Shown here: piece by piece, positions 35,201 to 43,817 of the stretch
How positions within the stretch are numbered: position 1 is the stretch's first letter
Layout: the number at the start of each line of letters is the position of its first letter
Assembly (NCBI RefSeq): GCF_035594765.1
Contig: NC_085841.1
Span: 258,064,689 to 258,128,688 of the forward strand
Direction: 5' to 3'
Origin: Anolis carolinensis
Taxonomy: Eukaryota
Length of the DNA stretch: 64,000 bases
The notes under the pieces: model-generated
The model's database searches: none
The model's input: the letters and a program-made list of their open reading frames with translations, nothing else
Told to the model about the DNA's origin: nothing
Position numbers and translations under genes: made by a program

Positions 35201-37016
35201 CTAAGGCCATGTGATCGTGCAGAATTTTGAATTTTTTTTTCTGGGACTACATTGGGAGATTCTGAGAACTGTAGTCAAAAAAGATTTTTTTTAAGCTGTG
35301 TTGCTGCAATTATGATGTCTTGTGATCATGTTGTGGTCAAGTTGTCCTACTTGCTCAGTTATTTCTAGGCCTCCTGAAAGAGGTTAAATACTTTTGGTTC
35401 TCAATTTTTGGCCTCCCAAATGCTTTTGGATATTACCGTAGTCCCCATAATCCTTCAGTGCTGGCTATGCCAGATAAGGCTTCTCTGGGAGATCAAGTCC
35501 AAAGGCTGTGAAAGTAGGGCATTATTTTAAGGTACCCTTGACTGAAGCAGTTCTGCCATGGGTTTTTTTTTTATAAAGTATTCTAATGCATCTTTCCCTC
35601 TCAACCTCCAGACTCACTATCACTCTTGTGACCAACAGTGACAAGCATTGATTGGTTTTGGTCCACATGGCTGATTTCACAGGAAAAAAATCAGAATGTC
35701 CGGAGAGGAAAATATCTTCGACCAATTCCAGGACACATGGCATTCTCAGTTTTCAGACCCACCCTGAGATATTTCATTGTCTGAAGATGGAACAATCAGA
35801 TGGTGTCCCTTTTCTAGTCTAAATGAAGATGTGCCATACCCAAAGTTGGAAAAGCTATTGTGACACCCAGGACAGAAATTCTCACTAGTTCCTCTTCCTG
35901 ACACTAAAACACATTAATAATCATGCAAATAATAAACACTTTGCTTTTCTTTGCCTAATAGGAGTGCTGGCCCCAACAAGTAGATATACATGTTAGTATT
36001 ACACTGGCAGTGCAGGGAACAGCCATCTATCTATTTGCCCTTGAAATACAGATGCCAGCATGATGAGAAAAGCACATTCCCCATCACCAGCAACTGGTGT
36101 TTTCCCTCCTGCATTTGCTTCTTCTGCCTTTTATAGGGAAAATAACATCAATAGATTCACTTGCTGCCATAAAGAGAGAGCCCTGTTGCTGAAGACTGAG
36201 CAAAAATACTTTAAATAAAATATAACAAAATATTAAATAAATAACACTATGTAACAAAATTTGGAAAAAAATTCTGTTCCTGTTTTAAAAGTGTTATTTT
36301 CTGTATAATTGTTCAGCATTTACTTTCGAAGTAGTTCTTATACTCCAGAAACTTCTTTTTTGTGGCTGCCACAAAATATGTTGAATTGGTCGAGACTATC
36401 AGATATTCATTGAAATCCATAGCAAAATGTGTTGCAAGATGTCCTGCACAAAGTTTTCACAGTTTAATAAACTTTTCCATGTTTTTATGATAGAATTAGG
36501 AAATGACATTTATAACCCAGGAACAAAAAACGTGCTACATAGGGTAACAGATATTAAATACCCACACTTTGGGACAGCATGGAATAACTTGGGAGAGCTT
36601 ATTAATATAGCTTATTGTTCTAATATCCTCCCTAACCCCACTCCTTCTAAGCAGAATCCCAGTTTGAGAATGGAGATTAACAGTTTATGAATGTGTCTGC
36701 ACAATGTCACCTTGCCATCTGGATACTGATGGAGCAGAAAGAAGGTCTGTGGTCCTGGCTTATCCTGGTCACAGGTGATTTTGCCATTTGCGTCAGCTGC
36801 CAAGTAACGTTTCAGGGCACTGACCAGGTGAAGCTTCTGGCCAGCCCCTTCTCCAGGGCCGGCTGCCCCAGCGCCATGAGGGCTCACGAACTTAAGCACC
36901 CAGACCTGGCGAGGCTTCAGCTGCTTGCCAGTGGCCGACACCTGGAAGCGGAAGGGCTCAGCAGTCAGGTATCGGTTGGCTGCATTAACCAGGCCAAATT
37001 CTAGGGAGACAGTCAT
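23028..37016 (-). CDS. Fascin-family actin-bundling protein (four beta-trefoils), 494 aa, 7 coding exons; divergent paralogue not assignable to FSCN1/2/3
   Basis: Exons 37016-36711, 35103-34854, 30535-30254, 28618-28500, 25954-25801, 25449-25276 and 23227-23028 sum to 1485 nt with no internal stop. Start context is CCACCATG. Fascin motifs: FGLVNAANRYLTAE, RYLAAD, RYLGG..CFAQ..EKWTLHLAVHP, DRDMPWG, VALRDDEGKYL, GRDELF, VNRPLLVL. AATAAA on the - strand at 23002-22997. Confidence 0.93.
23593..23724. other. Assembly gap (N run) in fascin-like intron 6
   Basis: Run of N. Exons 6 and 7 join in frame without it, so no coding exon needs to lie in the gap. Confidence 0.99.
24000..24480 (-). mobile_element. 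L2-clade LINE 3' fragment
   Basis: Degenerate ORF2 peptides IVHALVTSRLDYCNSL, KLQLVQ..A.RLLTG and RAFSVV.P.LWN.LP. Confidence 0.75.
25276..25449 (-). CDS. Fascin-like exon 6 (GKIEDFLLVLVNRPLLVLHSDAGYVG...GYYNFQI)
   Basis: TTCCAG acceptor, G|GTATGT donor; contains the fascin NRP motif. Confidence 0.9.
25801..25954 (-). CDS. Fascin-like exon 5 (GPNDCIISSSKQDKNVWFDLHYQDQKVMLRIGDKYVSMRPNGQLLAIPKAA)
   Basis: TCACAG acceptor, G|GTACAC donor; phases fit the neighbouring exons. Confidence 0.88.
28500..28618 (-). CDS. Fascin-like exon 4 (GADLYANAMAVGNTEIFQLLFDDATKKICFRGYCGTYMSL)
   Basis: ACAG acceptor, GTGAGT donor; homologous to the fascin segment GMDLSAN...FQLE..TKKCAFR. Confidence 0.9.
29031..29366 (-). 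mobile_element. Sauria SINE
   Basis: Reverse complement of the 11787-12115 copy, with an (AAAGGT)n tail. Confidence 0.88.
29665..30000 (-). mobile_element. CR1 LINE 3' fragment (relatives at about 3380-3590, 24560-24760, 55790-56220)
   Basis: FKYLKGC-type coding remnant and a TTCTATGA-type 3' tail on the - strand. Confidence 0.7.
30254..30535 (-). CDS. Fascin-like exon 3 (MKKYGLRNGTGK...KFICCRP)
   Basis: TTCAG acceptor, G|GTAGGT donor; matches ORF 30183..30536. Confidence 0.9.
33808..34130 (-). mobile_element. Sauria SINE
   Basis: Same family as the other Sauria copies, on the - strand. Confidence 0.85.
34854..35103 (-). CDS. Fascin-like exon 2 (VSFQNEQSKRYLGGAEENVTCFAQ...DRDMPWGAESVITVYYDFR)
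   Basis: Polypyrimidine tract plus ACAG acceptor, donor A|GTGGGT, phase 1. The ORF track does not show this frame. Confidence 0.9.
36711..37016 (-). CDS. Fascin-like exon 1 (MTVSLEFGLVNAANRYLTAEPFRFQ...HQYPDGK)
   Basis: ATG at 37016, donor AAG|GTGACA, phase 0; aligns to fascin beta-trefoil 1. Confidence 0.9.
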
Positions 37017-37095
37017 GGTGGGACTAACCAAGGCTGGAATGGCACCAGCTCTGCAGAGTAGCCAGCTGGGACTATTTGAGATTCCTCCTGGGCTA

Positions 37096-37121
37096 TGAGG
37101 TCACAATGGGTGCCTAGCAAC
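37096..37121 (-). promoter_or_regulatory. Candidate RFX X-box (GTTGCTAGGCACC on -, 37121-37109) and CRE/nuclear-receptor-like TGAGGTCA (37096-37103) upstream of the fascin-like ATG
   Basis: One mismatch to the 13-bp X-box form GTTGCTAGGCAAC; lies 80-105 bp upstream of the start codon. Confidence 0.5.
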
Positions 37122-37466
37122 CAGGCAAACCCATCAAGTCCCACCCAAGAGATCAATCATCCAGCCTACAATAACAAAGTACTAGATTCATTTGGACCAC
37201 ACAATCCACCAGTGACACATAAGCAAGGCCACAAGATCCATTTACAACGAAGTAGAGTGCAAAGTAATGCGATCCTCAGGACTCAAAGCATTTAGAATCT
37301 GGAATGGACTAAACTCTTACCTTCTGCCACTCTACTCAGAAAAAGGTACGGTTCCTTTTTCAAAATAAGAATAAAGTTACAGTATTCACATTGACTTGCG
37401 GATAAGACAATCCAGGTTTTTTGGATTTATTTCCCTGAAATTTCTACTTATACACGAGTATATAGC

Positions 37467-38053
37467 AGTGGTTCCCAACCTTTTTGTGACCAGGGACCAT
37501 TTGACCAGGGACCATTCTCCAACATTAGTACCAAAAGAGTTATGAATCAGGTTTTGGTCAATTTTAGATATGGTTTGGTTATTTGAGGTGCTGATTCAGA
37601 AAACTGCACTGGATAGATCACATCAGCTTTAGTTTCTAATACAGAACATATGCCACCCAGTAATCGCCATCTACTCGCACACAGAAAATTGTATTTAATA
37701 ATCTAGAACTGATATGGTCTATCCAAAGCAATTTTCTGAATAAGCACCCCAAATAACCCCAGGAACAGGCCTAAAAACGAAGACACAAAGGTGCCCCTGC
37801 TTCCAGGCGCCACATGGAATGGCTCTGCTTGGGGAGGGGGGAGGAGGAGAAGCAGCAGTCAGGAGACTTATTGTCGTGCCTTTTGTGGGTAGTCAGCCTC
37901 TCCCCTCCCAACATCCCCATTGCCTCAAAACTATAAGAGGGTTTTACAAGACCAGTCACTCTCGTTGCAACGGTGTAGTAATGGTGAGGCCGCGGATCAT
38001 ATTTTAGTTCTTGGGACCAATGGTGGTCCACGGAACACAGGTTGGGAATCAAT
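37467..38053. mobile_element. Non-autonomous hAT-type element; related copy at 60653-61042
   Basis: CAGTGGTTCCCAACC terminus; the first ~270 bp are shared between the two copies. Confidence 0.7.
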
Positions 38054-41000
38054 GATATATAGGGTACTCATTTGTGTTCAAGGGCTGCATGTAACTACTA
38101 TGATGTACTCTGACACTGAAGGATATAGGCACTTTGACCTTTGGATGTGCTGGATACAGTTTCAAATTTAAGCACCAAAGAGTATGGCCAGAGATTATGG
38201 AAATACTCATGCAAAATATTTGATGGGGACCTGACTTTCTTAGTCGGTGAAAGCAGCTGGATCTTTGCAGGCCCTTTCACACACTTCTTTTGCAGCCACC
38301 TGTTTCGTCCAATAAGTAAAGGGGAGGATTATGACAAGGATATCAACTGATAGGCAGATTGAGCTCAGAAAAATCTTATCATAACTGTATTATACTGTAT
38401 CATATAATAGATTATTTCACCAACATTATAAAGATGGGTTACTATTACAATAAGAGCAAGCTTTGTTGGCTGACTGACTTTCAAGTGCAAGGCTATAAAT
38501 AAGAATGACAAATTAACTACATTTGAAAATTAACACGAGAAAATTACCCATATCAAGGTTTTGCAAATCTTTTAATAGATGCACCTCTCATTTAGTTTAC
38601 ATTTCCTCTTTCTGCTATTGACATTGTTCTATATGGAAGTCATTCAAATTCCTTCCAATTCATCTTCCCTGAAAATTGCATCAATTTTTATCAGAACCCC
38701 AATTTCCCCATCTCTACTCAATCTAACACCCATTTCACAAAGAAAAAATTACCAGTTTTAATAATTTCTAGGCCATTACCTATTCTCAGACCTTTGTTCA
38801 GCATTATGTGGGCAGAAGTTCTAAAGGCAATCACATATTTCCTTAGCTTGCAATGAAGGTCTGCTCAAGTGGACAACCAATAGTAGTTCTGTCTTTGCTC
38901 CAAGTTCATGGCAATTCTATCTTAAGGGTTTTCTTTGCAAAATTTATTCAGGGTTTCCATGGCTGAACAAGAATTTACTAGAGAACAAATTGTACTAGAT
39001 GGCTACCTGAAAATGATTTCAAAAGCCCTCAAAAGTCACCAGTTCTGAGATACGTCTCTTCTCTTGACAAGTGGAAGCAAGGGACAATGGCTTTGACTGT
39101 ACACCTCAAATGAATGGGGCCTTTTAACAGAAACATTCCTTCACCTCTGCTTAAAGAATGTCAAGATATTATATATGACCAAGAATTAGTGATTCCAGCC
39201 ACCTCTCGGTTTCATATTGTTTTGCAATAACTACAATTATTTTTATACCACTTGCTCTTATAATAAAACTAGAAATGTTCCAAATAATCTAAAGAGAAGG
39301 GTCATAATGGAACTTCAAATGTCTCTCCTCAAAATTCACATTAACCTACAAATGAGTTAGGGCTCTTTATTTTAGTTCCACAGAAATGCCATCTTCTCAG
39401 AGACGCAACTTATGTTCAGATACATAAGTTCAGAGGCACAAAGTGCAGAGACAGCCTGAAGTGTGTCTTAGGTGTAATGATGAGAAAGATTTTTAAGCTT
39501 TTAAAAAGGCATTTTAATTTCTGTACATAAAGTGGTTTTTAAACTAGTTTAGCATTACATAAAGCCATGGTTGTACAAGGGCTACACACCCAACCAAAAT
39601 CTCTTATTTATTCAATGCCAATTTTAAGTCACAATACCCACGCACCCGAACATCTTATTCTAGGGACCTCATCACACTAGAGCTTGGATCCACTTTAAAT
39701 CCATGTTTGGGAGGAGCCTTTAAACAGATTAGCCAAATAGCTCCTGGTCTCACCAAACAACAAACTCCAGAATTCTGCAGGAGGCAGAAACCGGATTTGA
39801 AGTCGATCCATGCTCTGGTGAGATGAGGCACTATAAAACAACTCACCATACCCCCATTTAAATCACAAAAAGAAAAAAAAATAAGCCATACAATGCAGTA
39901 TAAAAGATTGACAATATCATCAAGTTTATTACACAGTTTGCAACCTATCAGAAAAAGACAAACAAATTAAATCACAAAGAACAGGGGTGGAAGAGTCAAA
40001 GGGAAAACAAGGCTATGTTTCTGTCATTCGTTTCTTTTCTTTTTTTACTTCCATTATTTCAAAACAAACTAAAAAAGTCCCATTTTGTAAAAAGCAACAT
40101 TTCCAATCCAAATCTTATCCTTTACAGTTTAAGTTGCCACTCCATTTTTCTACATTTACTTTTTTCCTTTAAAAAATTGAGCTGAATACCTCTCAAAAGT
40201 ACAAAAGGAGGTATTGCATTACATTGTGACATCCTTTGATTGACACCATCCATCCTTATTTAGGCCACACAACCTCTGTGACACAAGACAGGATCCTTTT
40301 ATGAGGGGGTTTCACCATGCAGCTGGACAATCATGAATGTAATAGTTGTGTGGCCATGTCAGCAATCCAGGTGCTGGAAGCTACTTATTCCAGGATACAG
40401 TGTGTTATCGTAAGCTACTCAGTCTAGGATGGAGCACGGAAAACAACCCCATCCTCAAGGGTTTCATTTCAGAGATGAATTTGACCAAAACTCTGTAGCC
40501 ATTTCTTTTCCATAATACTCCTTATGTAGATGTTGATGGCACTGGCCTGAAGATGTTGCTGACTCAAAAGCCCTAGCAATGCCTCTGTCAGTTACACAAA
40601 GGTGATGTGAACTGAGGCTTTTCACTGTCTCAAACTGTAGACTGGGATGCCAGAAATCAGTGAGGTATGCTGCTGCCTGAAGCAAATTCATGGATGAACC
40701 CCCTCCATAGTGAATTAAATGTAAAATGAGGATGGTGTGTGAGGAAACTTCTGGACCTTAAATCAACACATACATCACACTGAATTTAAAACTGCTCAGG
40801 GTGTACTGTAAGGGAGAACTTCAAGAAAACCCCTCAGTTTGACTTAGACCCCATTCCACGCTACTGCGTTGGTCAGGTCTCAATTCACAGCACTTCCTTT
40901 GGAACAAGGAAGGTGACACTCTGGGAGGGGTGGTGCCTGGAAACAAGAGGGTTAAGGGAGAAGTTGCAACCAGAGCAGCTACAGTATAAAACAAAATAAG

Positions 41001-42333
41001 GAATCTATTAGCAAATCATCTGTGGATAGTGAGTGGACCTGCATTAGCCAGAGTTCAATCTATCTCTTAAGGGAAACTCCACACTGTGAGCAGTTTGACT
41101 AACACAGGCCCCTCTACAGGCAGCTAGGTGCCTTGGTTCAGGGACTAAGTGGGGAAAGGAGGCAAGAGAGGTGACTAGAAGCAGCAACCAGCCCACCCTC
41201 CATCCCAGAAGAAAGAGAGGGAGGAAATACTATTGTGTCTAAGCTGTAGACAATGGTGCTAGGGGACAAGACTGAAAGCTGTTTTGGGAAAAAGTTGAGA
41301 CTTTAGGAGGACTGGATGCCTTGGTGCCTGAGAAGACAACACAGTGCGGACTGTGGACACAAGCCCCAGTGAGACAATGGGCATACATCTTGTGCTGTGC
41401 AGAAGCACCACATTCTTCCTATAGAAGATAAGCCGGATGGATTCCTCCTCAACTGCTCTGAGAGAAGATATGGTAAGGGAAGAGGCAGGAGACCTCTGTG
41501 GGAAGCACCATTCTTCTTAGGTCCAAGAATCCATGGACTGAAGTGGCCCCCTGGTCACAGTGGCTCAGGCAAACTCCCCTCTCAAAGTCCCAAGTCATTT
41601 GAGTTTCTCCATCAAGCAGCAGCACAGAGAGGGAGGGCTTGGTGCCACAAGATGGAGTTCTACAGGCGAAGTCACTTCCAAGGGGTCCAGAAAGAGCAGA
41701 GGGCAGTGGGGAGGAGTGGGTGGAGAAGCCGCCACCCTTTAAGTCTTGATTAAGGAGAGGAGATAACGAGTCCATAAAAACACCGAATGCTTCCGAAGCT
41801 CCTAAAAAGACAACACAAAGTAGGAAAAAAGAGTAACTTCTATTGCCCAGTTAAAGACCATTATTTAGAAAGGACAAAAGTCTTGGCTAAACCTCGGGAC
41901 GTCAGCTGATATTTCTAAAGGAAAGAAGAGGCATTCTTTTGTTCGTGGTTAGGGTTCAAATCCAGGCTCAATCATTCAAGCATACTAAATATTAAAATAT
42001 TGCTTTCCCTCAACTGAGCACTCGCCTTTAGCATATAGTGGGGGGGGGGAAGTATTTAGTCAGATACCACCACCATAATTTGCAAATAAATTCATGAAAA
42101 ATCAAACAATGTGATTTTCTGGATGTGTTTTCTCATGTTGTCTCTCATAGTTGAGGTCTACCTATGTTAATCACAGGCCTCTCTAATCTTGTTAAGTGGG
42201 AGAACTTGTACAATTGGTATCTGAATACTACCCCCCCCCCCCCCCCGCACTGTATATCACAACATCTGTTTCCAACCTACAGAATAAACCTATTTGTCAC
42301 AATAACAAAGGCGAACAAACAAATTATGGTGAA

Positions 42334-43475
42334 TGTTATGATTGAGCCTCATGGCTCTGTTACTGACAGACGTGGGCGTAAGACTCCTCGAGAGTCAGAT
42401 ACTCTCGAGGAGCGAGAAAGAAAAAGACTGCGAGACATTTTTGCAGCACCATCTGACGAAGAGTCTTTTGAGGGGTTTACGGAGAGAATGGAGGAGGGGC
42501 TGGTTAGCTCGGAGGAGGATGAGATGGATTGGACTCGGGTAAGGGAGGAATTGGGTGCCACTGGTCATGATGGGATAGAAGATGAATGGGGACCTTCAGG
42601 ATTAGACCCATGGCTTAGCTGGAGGGATGGGACGGGATCCACAGCTGGAGATGCTGTGGGGCGTAGTCAGAGGTGTTCCAGCTCTGATGAGGAAAGTGAT
42701 GAGGAAACGCCCGGGTTAAGGAGGACAGCTGACAGTGATGAGGATTTGTAACTGGCATAAAATGGGGCTTGGGAGCAATTGCAAATTGCGTTGGGCAAGG
42801 TAATCTGGACGAACGCTTGGGATCTGTGTGGGACGCTTTCCTGAAGACTGGTGTGTTTTCCTGTGCTGAGACGTAAGTTGTTTTGGAATTCAGGGTCAGA
42901 CGGCGGGAGGAATTGTGTGGGCATTTGTTTGTGCAAACCTGTGCTTACTCTTATTAGCTTGACCTTCCGTCGTCTTCTTGACGAACGCCATCTCCTGTTT
43001 TGAAAACTCGGACTGAACTGACCACGGCTTGTCTTCCCCCCTTCTTGGACTTGGAATCTACAAACGTCTGCTTCTGGCTTTGAACTACGGAAAGGAACTG
43101 GGTCTACTCTACTGCTACAATCCTTGGCTGATCTGTTCGTGTTGGAAATCCTGTCTGCTGTGTGTGTGGGAGCGACGCAAGTTACTCTAAGCACAGTGTT
43201 GGCAGCAGAGAGGAATCTGCTGCCAATTAGTTGCATTCTTTTGTATCTTTTGTTCCTCGGCTTTTGTTTTGTTTATCCCCAGGCTGAAGCAAGCAGTTTG
43301 TTTTTACCCGGATTAAACTCCGGTTTAATCCGGTTTATCTTTTGAACGTTTTTCCTTGCCCCTTTTTGCTCCTAAAGGCTAATACTGCCTGGCCCTTGTA
43401 TTTTACGGGCATTTTTGAGTTCTGTAATCCAATAAACTCTGTTATCTTGAACCTTGTGGCGTTCTGTCCTTGACA
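42334..43475 (+). mobile_element. Solo LTR (probably Gypsy-type) in the 3'UTR intron of CPSF7, antisense to the gene
   Basis: Termini TGTTA...TGACA; 5-bp TSD GTGAA (42329-42333 / 43476-43480); TATA-like CATAAAA near 42756; AATAAA at 43431-43436. Confidence 0.88.
42338..42751 (+). CDS. LTR U3-encoded acidic ORF (137 aa from ATG) with a JPO2-like FxGF motif; possibly the C-terminal tail of the parent element's pol/integrase
   Basis: The frame is open from the first LTR base and stops just before the TATA-like box. Contains RERKRLRDIFAAPSDEESFEGF and several S-D/E clusters. Confidence 0.5.
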   Translation: MIEPHGSVTDRRGRKTPRESDTLEERERKRLRDIFAAPSDEESFEGFTERMEEGLVSSEEDEMDWTRVREELGATGHDGIEDEWGPSGLDPWLSWRDGTGSTAGDAVGRSQRCSSSDEESDEETPGLRRTADSDEDL

Positions 43476-43817
43476 GTGAATGTGCACTGGATCAGTTAAT
43501 CTCAGCGGAACAACTATACAGATTGTAGGTAAATCGAAACAAAAAAAAATTATTTTATGGGGAGTAACATCCCCTCCACTTGAAATTTCTTAACTCTCAG
43601 AAAATTCTGCAAAGAGAACACAAGAATATATTATGTATTTGTTCATAGTAGATAAAGATGCATGAACTTTCTGCAATATAAAGTCTTGCAGAATATGGGG
43701 AAAACTGACCGTATCTAGTAAGAATATACACAATGTGGTGATACAGTGTGGGTTTGTTTGGAAAAGGTAAAAGTACTGGAGAGGAAGTAGCACCCTGGAA
43801 AGATCACCTCACTTCTC

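Noticed and set aside
23028-37016. Assigning the symbol FSCN1, FSCN2 or FSCN3
   Set aside because: Synteny fits none of them and the sequence is too divergent to assign without a phylogeny.
42667-43236. 189-aa minus-strand ORF within the LTR
   Set aside because: No ATG start and no recognisable motif; less well placed than the plus-strand U3 ORF.
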